Below are positions 41,479-54,622 of a stretch of 64,000 nt of DNA, one piece after another. The translations under genes and the position numbers were made by a program. Each line of letters begins with the position of its first letter. Within the stretch, counting starts at the first letter, position 1. Below the pieces are notes generated by a model that worked only from the letters and a program-made list of their open reading frames with translations, ran no database searches and was not told where the DNA came from. Source of the DNA: Octopus vulgaris (lineage: Eukaryota); the NCBI GenBank assembly GCA_951406725.2, contig OX597826.1:59892001-59956000 (forward strand), in the 5' to 3' direction.

Positions 41479-42533
41479 TTAATAAGGGTGAGAGAATTAG
41501 ATACTAATTTAATAGTATATCTATTCAACACCAAGTGGCCTAGTGCTACGAGAAACCTGGATTATTATAATATTTTATAACATATTATAATATTTTTACA
41601 AAATAAATATAAGAGAGTGGTCACTATATGGCTCACTCTAGCACCAGTTAATCCAAAAGGTTTCAACCACGAAAATACATGTTTCCCATGAAAGTCAGTA
41701 CAATTGTTAGCTCACACGGACAGGGCAAATAAAAAATAACAAAAATACAGATTATTTTGGGACAATTGTTTCGCTATTAATGAATTAAATGTAATTTTAC
41801 TTACAAAAAAATTACATTTAATTCATTAATAGCGAAACAATTGTCCCAAAATAATCTGTATTTTTGTTATTTTTTATTTGCCCTGTCCGTGTGAGCTAAC
41901 AATCGTACTGACTTTCATGGGAAACATGTATTTTCGTGGTTGAAACCTTTGGATTAACTGGTGCTAGAAGTGAGCCATATAGTGACCACTCTCTTATATT
42001 TATTTTGTAAAAATATTATAATATGTTATAAAATATTATAATAATCCAGGTTTCTCGTAGCACTAGGCCACTTGGTGTTGAATAGATATACTATTAAATT
42101 AGTATCTAATTCTCTCACCCTTATTAATTAATTATAATTATGCTGCATTTATTTCTAAATGCTGTATTTGTTTTCCGTGAAAGTTTGGCGCGCTGTTAGT
42201 TGGGGCATTTGAATTATAACGTCGGATGTAATCAATTGAACCACACGCGTATTTATCGTTATGGTAAAATCTGGCGTGTGATTGAGTGGATTTCATCCAG
42301 ATAGTTTTGGCTGACGAGCTACAAATGGATTTTTTTTGTAAGTAAAATTACATTTAATTCATTAATAGCGAAACAATTGTCCCAAAATAATCTGTATTTT
42401 TTATTTGCCCTGTCCGTGTGAGCTAACAATCGTACTGACTTTCATGGGAAACATGTATTTTCGTGGTTGAAACCTTTTGGATTAACTGGTGCTAGAGTGA
42501 GCCATATAGTGACCACTCTCTTATATTTATTTT
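41471..42533 (+). mobile_element. Non-coding hammerhead-bearing element (PLE pseudo-LTR / retrozyme-like): inverted copy, direct copy, spacer, direct copy
   Basis: 41471-41798 is the reverse complement of 41808-42135; 42345-42533 directly repeats 41809-42005; (TA)n on both sides; intact hammerhead inside. Confidence 0.85.
42298..42394 (+). ncRNA. Type I hammerhead ribozyme
   Basis: Stem I CAGATAGTTTTGG/CCAAAATAATCTG; core CTGACGA (42311-42317); stem II GCTA..TAGC extended by AATGGATT/AATTCATT and TGTAA/TTACA; GAAA (42370-42373); palindromic stem III ACAATTGT; GTC cleavage triplet ending at 42381. Confidence 0.9.
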
Positions 42534-42580
42534 ATATATATATATATATATAACGAGAAAGAGAGAGACAGAGACGGTGA

Positions 42581-42635
<55 letters not shown>

Positions 42636-43086
42636 ATAGATAGATAGATACATACATACATATATACATACATACATATATACATACATACATACATACA
42701 TATATGAATACATATACTGTTACAGAGTCCTGAGTATATGTCGCTCATTTATAGCATTTATAATGCAAGCAATTTCACGTAATTACAGGTAGCTAATGAG
42801 TGGTGACTGAAACGAATGTAACTACGAACGGACTATTTATGTTTATCATTCTGACTCATTGAATTTAATGCGCACTACGAGGAATTTGGGTCACTTTTGC
42901 AACAGTTGTTGTGAAAGCCTTAGTATTTCGTCTGAAGTTTTCTAATTTTGTAACAGACATTTGGAATAGTGTTATTCAATGACTCAGCTAACTACTTATT
43001 ATATTGTGCTCTCCCGGTAAGGTACTGTTCTAATGAACACGGTTGTTACGTCCCTTAAGATATCACAGTATGTATATGTATATATA

Positions 43087-43198
<112 letters not shown>

Positions 43199-43974
43199 TC
43201 ATATATATGCGTTTCTATCCTTATGGTGATAAATGCTGTAAACTTCCACCGTCAAAATGAACATTTTTGTGTACATATATATGTGTGCATGTGCATGTAT
43301 ATATATATATATATATATATACATTTGTATACACACGCAGATGCACACGTATATACGTACACGAAAATTTTCATTGATAGTCGCAGTTAACACATTTATC
43401 AACATGACCATAGAACCCCTTATAATAATAATAATAATAATAATGCTATTTTCTCTCACTTTTAACAGTACGGTCTTAATTTGCTCTGTCAACGTTTCAA
43501 CATCTCGTCGTACTTTTTTGACTTTGTCACTGAAGGGAAGAAGCCACAGCAGTTAATGCAAATTAGAACTGTTTAGTTTTTATATTATCCGTCTTTCCTT
43601 TCTGATCACTCTGTATATTCTTTTCGTGCTTTGTTGTTTCATATTCATTTCGTTTTCTTACTCAAATTCATATTAGACATGCTGGTATAATATATATGGC
43701 ATGATCAATTTCTCAGTTAATGGAATAAAATTTTATATTTAAATCTTTAAATTGCGGCTATATTCTCTTTCCTAAAATTTGGAATTTTCTCGTTGAATCA
43801 CTTTAAAATAAAATTCCAGTTTATCATTTTTGTTTGTAATTCTTGGAATTAATATTTTTATTTTTATGAATTATATTTAATAATAATTCATCTTTTGCGG
43901 AAATGGTGTGTAAGGTGAGAGACACTGTATCTATAAAGAACTCTTGAAGTTGTTTTTATACCAATGATTCGGCT

Positions 43975-44133
43975 ACAAAGAGGATAAGTCGATTACATCG
44001 ACATAAGTGCTCAACTGATGCATTTTTTATTGATCCCGAAAGGATAAAAGGCAAAGTCGACCTTATTGGAATCAGATCGTAAACACGGGCGAAAAATTCT
44101 TAAGCGTGATATCAATTCTGCCAGCTTGCCAAC
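43975..44133 (-). mobile_element. Nin-SINE
   Basis: AAGTCGATTACATCGAC...CCCGAAAGGATAAAAGGCAAAGTCGACCT...TTCTGCCAGCTTGCC on + strand. Confidence 0.75.
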
Positions 44134-44324
44134 TTACAAGCCTACCATATTAGACCGTTGTTAAGTAGATATAATTGTGGATAAGGAAAAATTATATACA
44201 TTATATATATTAGAGTTCTTTATAGATGCCTCAATAATTCAATCACTACTACCATCCACAACACGTCACTTTCAGGGCACTTGACCATTTAGCATCCTAT
44301 TACTATCATGGTACTCCCGCGTTC

Positions 44325-44430
44325 TTATTCTTCTCCTCCTCCTCCTCCTCCTCCTCCTTCTTCTTCTTCTTCTTCTTCTTCTTCTTCTTCTTCTTCTTCT
44401 TCTTCTTCTTCTTCTTCTTCTTCTACTTCT
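44325..44430. repeat. (CCT)n(CTT)n microsatellite
   Basis: Read directly from sequence. Confidence 0.95.
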
Positions 44431-45285
44431 CTGCCAAGAATTCACAACGACCTCGAGCCCACAAGAGTCAACAAGAGAGGTAGAGACAGGCAGAAACAAG
44501 AAAGATGTGCCTTGTATTTGAATATCATGCAAATATTGTTTGAAAATCTTTTCTTTTAATTTTTCTAAAATTTTGTTGTTTTCCATAATTACAGTTGAAA
44601 AAGTCTCAATGACTGAAATTGGTACTGAAATGTTTTTTATAAAAATTATTTTTACATTTTCTACCGCGACTTTTTTTCCATATATATCAACTCGTGTGTT
44701 CCTTTTCAACCTTCTACCTATATATAGTTATATGCATATATACTCAAAAAAACCTTTCTCAGAATGAGATAAAAAAAACCATTACCTCTCATAACTCCTA
44801 TATATATATACCTATGTATATATGCGTGTGCATTATATAATACCTCTAAAATTCCATCTTTAGTTATATGTTTCCTCCAGCAGCCTATATTCCCTTACGC
44901 TGCATTAGTGTAAGTTGATCCATCAGCCGTCTTATTTCATATAAAGATATAAAGACTCTCCCATGAAATCTGAGTAAATTTGGATAACAATCTCCGAGAT
45001 GTTTGTGGCAGATATCTAATCATGCAGAGAACACAGCGAATAACAGAGAGCTACCGCTGTTTGTCACTTACTAGCATCTCTATATATCATTTTTGATGCA
45101 AAAGTGAAGATAGAGAAATATGATTTAGAACGTTGATATTAATACTATAACGATTACTAAAGTAGTCTGAAGCGGGAAAATACCCCGGGGTAGGAAATAT
45201 TTGATTACATCCAATTAATTGATGACAAGTAATTATGGAATCCATATAGCTGAAATGCAAAATTCAATATTACTGCAATATAGTC

Positions 45286-45327
<42 letters not shown>

Positions 45328-45344
45328 TTAATTTTTAAAATTTA

Positions 45345-45498
45345 TTTATTAGATATTCACTAGTACAACACCAAAAAACCCCAAATATATGGCACACTAG
45401 GCATAACAGCAACGTGAACTTCCAACCTGTTGTCTCTTGAGGTCACTGGGTGAGACTTGGAGCCAACTTGTACAAACATAAAGCAAAAGTCAAACATA
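45345..45498 (+). mobile_element. 3' UTR fragment of the R4/Dong-like LINE between (AAT)n and (ACT)n
   Basis: GTCTCTTGAGGTCACTGGG...CAACTTGTACAAA...GCAAA.GTCAAACATA matches 48060-48148. Confidence 0.75.
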
Positions 45499-45509
45499 GA
45501 ATGATAGTA

Positions 45510-45584
<75 letters not shown>

Positions 45585-45585
<1 letters not shown>

Positions 45586-45795
45586 TTCTGTTATAGGCAC
45601 AAGGTTTAGGGGAGGCGGGTAGTCGATAACATCGACCCGAATGCTTAACAGGTAATGTAATTTATTGACACGAGTGGATAAAATGGAAAATCGACCTGAT
45701 TCGGAGGGCATAATTTTAGATCATTACGTAAAGTTAGATGAAATGTCGATAAACCTTTTGCCCAGCGTGTTGAAGATACCACCTTCTCGGCACCT
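45585..45795 (-). mobile_element. Degenerate Nin-SINE
   Basis: ATAGGCACAAGG...TAGTCGATAACATCGACCC tail; TTTGCCCAGCGTG head on + strand. Confidence 0.6.
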
Positions 45796-45802
45796 TATAG
45801 AT

Positions 45803-48148
45803 GTGCTACAGAAAATATGCTCAATACCACAAATTTGCGTGTCAGTTGTTTGACCTGGACCAGTTGAGCATGTCCCTTCGTGGCTGACGATATACCTTAC
45901 AACAATGTTTTGCAACAACCTAGTACGATTCCCTCTTGGCTAGTTAATGGTGTAACATTCCTACTTCCAAAAAAATGAAGAAAAAAATTATCGACCCATA
46001 AACTGCTTAACAACAATGTATAAAACGCTAACATCTTACTTGACTGAATATACCTATAGCTTTTTTGTAGAAAGTGGCATATTCCCTAGTGAGCAAAAAA
46101 AGATGTAAACGCGTGCCCTATGGTTGTAAAGATCAGCTGCTCATCAATAAGATAACATTGGAAGATTGTCAAAAACGACACAACTAGTCAAGAGCCTGGA
46201 TAGACTAAAAAAGCTTTTGATAGTCTGCCACATAGCTGGATTAAGAAATGTCTGGAAATGTATAAAATAGCACCTACTCTACAAAAAATTTTGTCTGTAA
46301 AAATGAGATTATAGAAAACCACACTGACTTTGAACACTGACAATGAATTTCACAATGCTGGAGATGTTAGAATTTCATGTGGAATTTTCCTCTCCTCTAT
46401 CACCACTCCTCTTTTGTCTAGCCTTTCTACCCCTCTCGAAATTGCTCAATGAAGTACAATACGGTTATAAAATGTTTGATAAAAATATAAATCATCTCTT
46501 TTACATGGATAATTTAAAGCTGTTTGCAAAAAATGAACAACAATTACAGGGCTTACGATTAAAGAATTGCCTCACGATGCAATTTGGCCTCGTTAAATGA
46601 GCATAAGCTACCTTTATCAAAGGAAAACTGAGAGAAACATCTACCGTTAACCTTGACCAGCAGAATGTCATAGAGGAGTTACAACGAGCGGAGAGCTACA
46701 AATACCTAGGAGAGTTTGAAGGGGACGGAATCAAACATTCAGGGATAAGGGAAAGTTACCGCATGGTAAGAGCAATACTCAAGACAGAGCTGAATGCAAG
46801 AAATAGGATCGAAGTGATCAATACTTTTGCCATATCAGTCATGACTTACAGATTCAATATCATTAACTGGTCAATTACTGAAATAATTAATCTTGACAGA
46901 AAAATACGAAAATCGTTTACAATGTATAGAAAGCACCACCCTAAGACAGATATAGAACGACTTTATCTGCCAAGAAATGTGGGAGGCCGTGGACTTTTAC
47001 AACTGGAAGAAATGGATGTTAAAACGTGTCTCAAAGCATGAAAACAAGAAGGCATCATACTCAGTTATAAAATAAACAAAGGCATATATGAGTGAATTTC
47101 AAATACAACAAATTCCAGAATTAGACGTACTAGGAACAAGCACAGAAAAGCTAAGCGTATGAAAACCCATCATAAAACTGCTGCCTTAGATATTCTTACT
47201 GATAACTGGTAGGAACCAACCTCTCAAATAACCAAAGAGAGCTAATGATGCCGATGTTGACAAAGCACTTACCTAACAATAGTTAATGGCTTCTGGCTTA
47301 AAATCAGAAACACAAGGGTTTATCAAAGCACCCCAAGATCAATGCCTACTAACAAGAAAGTGCCAGTCCAACATATGAAAATAGGTAGATTCCAAACATG
47401 TGTATGGCAACAACAAAATAAAACCATTGATCATGTTGTCTCCGTGTGCAGTCTTTTTGCGCCTACAGAGTATCGCAACAGGCCTGATAGAGCTGCACAA
47501 TATATTCAGTGGGTAATTTGCAAAAACCTGGACCTAAACCATGATAAAAACTTGTGGAAACACAAACCACCTCCAGTGCTTGAAAATGATCACATCTCAC
47601 TCCTCTGGAAATTAACCCTTCAAACTGATAGAAAGATAAATGCAAATAGGCCAGACATTATATTGAAAAACGTCCGACAAAAATCATGTCTTCTCATTGA
47701 CATGACTGTCCCATTCGATATATATCTGTCAAGACCTACCAAAAACTGAGCAAGTATAAAGATCTTGAAATAGAAATTGGCAAGATGTGGAATCTCAAGA
47801 CTAAAACAATACCTGTTGTCATAGGTGCCTTAGGAATGATAGCAAAAGGGGCTGATTGCTACCTAGTTCAGATACCAGAAAACCTCAAAATGGCAGAAAT
47901 TCAAAAGATAGTGCTCATGGGAACTGCCCATATTCTACGTAAAATACCATCTATGTAATCTCAAATTTTAAAACAAATTCATCATTTTCCTGTTTTCTTA
48001 AACATTCTCTAGAACAATACTATGTACAAAACCAAATACATAACCCCCTAGAAATAAAACCAACATGAACGTTTAACTTGTTCTCTTGGGGTCACTGGGG
48101 GAGAGGGTGAAGTCAACTTGTACAAATAGAATGCAAAGATCAAACATA
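45803..48148 (+). mobile_element. R4/Dong-like non-LTR retrotransposon (RT, CCHC, REL endonuclease), decayed
   Basis: Across frameshifts: YRPI.CLTTMYK, YGCKDQLLINK, AWID..KAFDSLPHSWI, SPLLFCLA, NHLFYMDNLKLFA, YKYLG, RLYLPRNVGGRGL, TIDHVVSVC, ANRPDII...LIDMTVP, SKYKDLEIEI.KMW..KT..IPVVIGALG, IQKIVLMGTAHILRK; ends in (ACT)n/(AAT)n. Confidence 0.92.
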
Positions 48149-48252
48149 TACTACTACAACTACTACTACTACTAGCACAACAACAACAACAACAACTACT
48201 ACTACTACTACTACTAATAATAATAATGATAATAATAATGATAATAGTAGTA

Positions 48253-48301
<49 letters not shown>

Positions 48302-48405
48302 TGATGATGAGGATGATGATGATGATGATGAGGATGATGATGATGATGATGAGGATGATGATGATGACAATAACAACAACAACAACACTAATGATAATAA
48401 TAATA
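48149..48405. repeat. Compound trinucleotide microsatellite (ACT/AAC/AAT/GAT)
   Basis: Read directly from sequence. Confidence 0.95.
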
Positions 48406-48884
48406 GTCCTTTTTACTATAGGCACAAGGCCGGCAAACCTTGACTATATCACCCTAGCTACCTAAACTTATTTATGCAGCATTTAAAGATTATGGTGTAA
48501 TATTTCTTTTACAATGCTATCGATCAGTAGACAAAAGATGATTTCAAGTGCAAGAAAACACGGGTAATATTTCACTACTAAATTGGTATACATAGACGCA
48601 AAATTGCTTAACTAGAAACGAATATTAATATTTCACGAATAGCCTAATGAATATGTACAGCTTATTAGAAAAGAAATTACCTAGGATTAACTTAATCCCT
48701 TCAGACGCCCTATATATTTATTATAGAATATGTTATGAACATATTTGACAGAAAATGTCTACTTTTAACGCCATGAAAGCAGACAAAATGTCTCGGGTGT
48801 TCGATAAGGTTACCACCATATTAAATATTACAATTGCACACATGTATATATCTATATCGTATTTTATACAGGTATAAGGTGTTA

Positions 48885-48940
<56 letters not shown>

Positions 48941-49039
48941 ACTCTCTCTCTTCCTCTCTCTCTCTATGTATGTATATATATATATAAATATACACATTTA
49001 CAAATACAGATATATATATATACATATGCACAAACACAC

Positions 49040-50147
49040 AACGCTCCCGGCGTTGCCCAGGCGTTATTACCTACACCCACATTGTATTATTTGTTCCTTT
49101 CATGTGGGGGTGAATATAGTGATCTGGGTTACTGGTGAAATCGAAGTTATTGTCGGTTTAAAAGTGAAGGGGGAGAGTGAAATCTGCATGGGTTTGCATG
49201 TAAGTGCGTTCTGTTCTTGAGAAAGATCTCAAACTACGTATTGTTACATCATATAAACTGGGGCTTATTATGATTTTGCGCCCAAATCCCGTTTTCAAAA
49301 ATTTAATTCCCCCCATCCCCACGTCAATTTCCTAATTTGTAACTTTTATTCGAATTTTATTTTTTTCTATCCCCGTAGAAAAACACAGGGGTTACAAATC
49401 TGGGAAACATATTTTTTTATAGGTCTCATTATTCGTACAGAAACACTAAATTCCCCTTCCGTCACCTCACCCACCCATAAACTAGCCACTTTCAAAAAGC
49501 TAAAACCACCCAATGGTTCACTTTCGTCTGATGTTTCACGCATGCGTTGAATCGTACTGAAATTGCAGATGTAAAAATTACCAGCCCACCACCAGAAAAC
49601 ATGACATGCCCGAAACAACAGGTAAACGACATTATTTCTGTAGAAACTTCCCCCTTCCCAAAAAGCTAGAAGTGAAACATTGGGTGTTTGTAGGTTTTTG
49701 AAAGTGATGAGGTGATGTGTAGAATTCTGGGAAGGAGTTTTTTTATAAAAATGGAGGAAGAAATTTCTTAAAGCTTTGTACTCAACTTTTTTCTCCGTGG
49801 ATTACGAAGAAAAAAATTGGAGAAAAGTTAAAAAATGAAGAATTTGTAGTGGAGATGGAGAAATTAAAATAGTGACAAAGTGTTTTTTGGAAGAAATTCT
49901 GATCCTGTATCGAAAACATAGGAATCGGAAGAATAAAGGTAGGGACGTAAATATCACCTAAGAGTTGCAAGAAACAGGTAAAGGAAGGATTTCTGGTAAA
50001 ACTTTTAAAGTTTATATCGAAGATCAGCATTTTAAATACACTCATCGGAAACTCGATTTACAAAATAGAAGGTCATTTCCATTGGATTTGAGGTGTAATT
50101 TTACGCGTGCACACAAAGAAATAACATAATTCGTACAAAAGTTTACC
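49040..50147 (-). mobile_element. Putative non-autonomous Helitron
   Basis: CCCGGCGTTGCCCAGG at 49046 is the reverse complement of a Helitron-type 3' hairpin; terminal CTAG not preserved; extent approximate. Confidence 0.4.
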
Positions 50148-50148
50148 A

Positions 50149-50208
<60 letters not shown>

Positions 50209-50633
50209 CGCCCGTTTCCCAAAGGAAGTAATTTTTTGGCATTCTTTCATTTGAAGCAGCAAAGTTGCCAAGTCGATCATATGAGATCTTATGATCGATC
50301 GTTAATTTCTGTAACAATTGTTTTATTTCGTTATGCTTTGAAGAGTGAAAAGGCGACATTTGCTTTAAAGTAAGAGCAGAAAGTAAAAGAGAGGAGAAAG
50401 TGGAAGAAGTATATGTATATAAAATGGACGTGTGTGTGAATGTGTGCGTGGGCGTGTGTGAGAGAAAGAGAGAGAGAGTGCGAGTGAGTGAAGTTGTGTT
50501 TTGTCATGTATCTTTGTTTTGCATGTATGTGTAAGTGGCACTCAATGGCTTTCTCTCGCACACACATCTTTCATATACACGTGCATAAATACACATGCAC
50601 ACATCTTTTTGTATGTATGTATGTATGTATGTA

Positions 50634-50678
<45 letters not shown>

Positions 50679-51344
50679 GCATGTGAGGGAGAGTGACTGT
50701 ATAACATATAAGGAAATGGATGTGAGTGACTGTTATAACATATAGAGAAATGGATGTCTTTTAATGAGTGATTAATTCGGGAAAAAAATCATTACTTTCA
50801 TTATTCACACGACGGCACTCTCGTCATGCAACACTTTGTAATTTTGATTCAAATTGAAAGTCTGAAAGTATGAAACATAGCCGTTGTAGAGGAGTGTCTT
50901 TCAAATAACTATAGCGTGTTGATAGGATAACATAAAATATATATAAATGAAAATTATATTAAATAGGTAGCCGAAAGATTACTGAATATTTGGATATACC
51001 ATATTCATAATCGACAACTCAGTTTTCGAAACCATAAGGAAAAATAACTGCACGCGCGCGCACACAAACTCGCTTTTATATATATATGTATATATAACAC
51101 TGGAGATATTGAAAGCAATGAAAGAATTCACTCTTAGTCTGTTCCAAGTATTCTGTAATAAACGTATGCATTTAGGCAAAAGCTCTACCATCTGTGCGCC
51201 TGTGATTTTTCTTAATAGTAACTTATATTTTCATACGAATCAGAGAATTTCATAAATTGATATTTCGAATTTTACGTAACCGATCTACCATTCGAATATG
51301 GGTAGCATGATATTGGAAGTATTGGTTATTGAAATATTTGTTTA

Positions 51345-51552
51345 AAATATTAGCACAATGCCTGCAATTTCAGGCATAGTGTAAATAGATTAAACATTCC
51401 CAGTGCTCAACTGGTACTTGTGTTATCGATTCTAAAAATATGTAGGGCAATGTTGCCCTCGGGGGAATCTGAACTCAGAACATACAGACAGGCCAAATGC
51501 TGCTAAGCATTTCTCCCCGGTATGATAACGACTCTGCCAGGTCACCGCCTTG
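51345..51552 (-). mobile_element. Nin-SINE
   Basis: CCCAGTGCTCAACTGGTACTT...GAACTCAGAAC...GCTAAGCATT...CTGCCAGGTCACCGCCTT on + strand. Confidence 0.75.
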
Positions 51553-51807
51553 ATTAGTATTAGAATACTGAACTGTCAATGAATATAAATGAATACAAGT
51601 TCAATGATGTTTTGTCAAATGATGTTTTGTCAAATCTCTGTTCTGTCGCGGCAAATATCTGGTCCATAGGGTGTATACGTGTATCTGTGCATAGGGGGGA
51701 TTTTGATCATTTATTTGTAAGTTCCGCGGTCTGTGTATCAGATATTAAAATGAGAAAATGCATTGAGGTCTGACCGATGGTCCTGGAACTGAGAGAAGTA
51801 CGTATTA

Positions 51808-52010
51808 AGGTGTCGAGCATGCAGGATCGTTTGGACGCCGGGGAAAATACTTGGCGCGATTTCGTATGTCATTACGTCTGCCGCCGCGATTGACTTTGCT
51901 TCTATCTTTTCGGAGGTTCATAAAATACGTACCAGTTGTTCACTGGGTTTGATATAATCGGCTTATCCACCTTTTCTGAACAGGCTAGCCCTGTGCCAAA
52001 ATTTGAAATC
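51808..52010 (+). mobile_element. Nin-SINE, inverted relative to the 51345 copy
   Basis: AAGGTGTCGAGC..GCAGGATCGTT...GACTTTGC...GTACCAGTT..CACTGGG..GATATAATCG...GTGCCAAAATTTGAAA. Confidence 0.7.
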
Positions 52011-52483
52011 TGTATGCATGTATGTGGTGTGTGAGCTGTTATGCGGTTATATATATATATAATTGTGTGTGTATCACACAAGTAACCATATATCGAGGAA
52101 TTGTAACTAGTTTAGATAATATATTGTCACAGCTTCTTGATCAATAATTGAAGTTCATTTATATCAGGTTCACAATGGGCAAGGTTCCAAAATATTTCAC
52201 AATATTTGCACTACATTAAATATATTGTGCAATCAGACGAATTAAGATATTAGTGTCTATCCAGCTAACATTCAGTATGTGCACACGGCGCATGCATGAA
52301 TGCTTGTCTATCTATTTGTCTGGGTGTCTGACTCCTTGTCTGTCTATCTATGTATCCCTGTACGTACGTATGTGATGCATGTATACATGTACATACTGAT
52401 CTTTGTCTCTTTCTCTGAGCATATATATGTGTGTGTGTATGCATGCATATATGTATGTATATATGCATCTATATGTATATATG

Positions 52484-52545
<62 letters not shown>

Positions 52546-52552
52546 CACACAT

Positions 52553-52621
<69 letters not shown>

Positions 52622-53012
52622 CATACATTTGTACACGTAAGTAAGATTTATGTTCCAGAGTTTATATATAGCATTTTATTAATTCTTATTATCACACAGA
52701 GTGATGCCATCTGGAAAATGTTTGAATACTGAAATCGATAGCAAAATTAGAGATTAATGCAATAAGATTATGCGGGTCATTCAGTACAACATATTGACTT
52801 CATTAAATTTTTCCGAATGACTTTTTACATTCCAATCGCTAATTTTTGGTAATTTTATGATGTCGTATCTGAATGTGTTAACACGACTTCTTTTAATTCT
52901 CATGATTCATAAGCTTCAATTCCTTTGCGATTAGTTTCTATACTGAGGGAAACAAACGTAATATTTCCAATTGTAAATAATCCCTAAATGGGAAATAATT
53001 ATATAACTGTAA

Positions 53013-53078
<66 letters not shown>

Positions 53079-53081
<3 letters not shown>

Positions 53082-53741
53082 GGTTGGACAAAATAATGGA
53101 AACACATAGCATCATAGCATCATAATTTTGAAGCATCTATAAAACCGTCAAAAGCTTGTTTATTTTTTATGTTTTTTTATTTATTATTACTGTTGCTTAA
53201 TATATTTTGCTAACATTGCTGTTTCTTTTCAGATATCATCAGAAAAAGTTAATTAAAATTCATTAAAATTATAGATCTATCGGACTTTCAAAGAGGTCAA
53301 ATTGTTGGTGCTCGTGTGTCAGGCGCTAGCACAACGAAAACAGCCGAAATGTTTGGTGTGTCAAGAAGTACTGTCTTGAAAGTAATGACAGGCTTGGAGA
53401 AAGAGGGAATAATCTCCTCGTCGAAACAAACTTCGGAAGGAAACCAAAACTTTCAGATAGGGACCGCCAAACTCTTGCGTGAATTCTTAGAAAGCATCAC
53501 AAAAGTACAGCTCCCCAAATTACTGCAGAGCGTAATGACCATCTCCAGAAACTTGTTTTCACAAAAACTGTTTCCCGGGAGCTGCGCAAAGCCAGATTTC
53601 ACTGGATGGCTGCAATCAGAAAACCATTACTTTCAAAAACAAACAAATGTTGCAAAGCGTTTAGAGTGTAGTAAAACCTACAGAATTGGTCCCTAGAGCA
53701 AGTAGAAGGATGTTATTCCCTCAGACGAGTCATCCTTTACC
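53079..53741 (+). mobile_element. Tc1-family transposon, 5' portion (TIR plus transposase pseudogene)
   Basis: After (TA)n, TIR-like AGGGTTGGACAAAATAATGGAAACAC; DLSDFQRGQIVGARVSGASTTKTAEMFGVSRSTV...GRKPKLSDRDRQ...RKPLLSK...RLE...VIPSDESSF (HTH, GRPR-like motif, first catalytic D). Confidence 0.9.
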
Positions 53742-53744
53742 TCA

Positions 53745-54270
53745 TTAGCGTATGGACATCGTTGTTGAATGCTTGGAAATGTTAGTAGTCCGTTTGTTTG
53801 GTTGGAGTATGTTGCACCACATTCCCATGAGTGTATTTAGATGTTTGCCCACTCTTTCATATTCCTGTGGTGCAACTTCTCTCATGCTACTGATGTGTTT
53901 TTGCATGGTCTGAACACAATTCTGTGGGCTGTCTATAGACAGTCAACCATACTTGTCCGTAGGGAGGCCCCCTAATTCCCTTTTCCTAATTCACTCTTTC
54001 ATTTATGGAGGCCTTTAGCGACAGAGGAATTGGGTCAATGGGTTTCCTCCTTCATTATATTTTTTATTGGTTTTGTTATACCGGTCTAAGATGTGTCGGT
54101 TCTATTTCTAGCTGACGAAATCTTTGCCTCTGCCTCACTGTCAGTCTGTGGTGGGATACATACCCTTTTGTTGAAGGGTACGTCTGTGGAGTAGATCATC
54201 CTCAGGTCGTATGACTTGTTTTGGGGTTTATAGAAGACTGACTTAGGGTGTTACTCGTGTTACGATCGTT
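53745..54270 (-). pseudogene. Probable PLE RT N-terminal fragment truncating the Tc1
   Basis: Minus strand IRKRELGGLPTDKYG*LSIDSPQNCVQTMQKHI...HLNTLMGMWCNIL; PTDK.G resembles the PLE pre-RT (A/T)DK motif. Confidence 0.45.
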
Positions 54271-54488
54271 GTGGTTGTTGTTACGACTGCTGGCATTGTT
54301 GTTACTGGTTATGGTGGAGGAGGAAGTGGTGATGGTGGTAATAGTGCTTGTGTTGTGTTGTTATTTTTGTTGTCGTCGTTGTTGTTATTGATGTGGGTGG
54401 TGTTGGTGTTGGTGGCGGTGTGGATGATATTGTGGTTTGTATTGTTTTCCGTGTGCGGGATGTTGCGTTTATTGTTATTGTTATTGTT

Positions 54489-54547
<59 letters not shown>

Positions 54548-54586
54548 GTATGTGTGTGTGTATGTGTGTGTGTATGTGTGTGTGTG

Positions 54587-54622
<36 letters not shown>

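Noticed and set aside
41905-41935. Second hammerhead-like motif CTGACTTTCATGGGAAACATGTA within the palindromic element
   Set aside because: Core lacks G8-A9 and there is no convincing stem I or II
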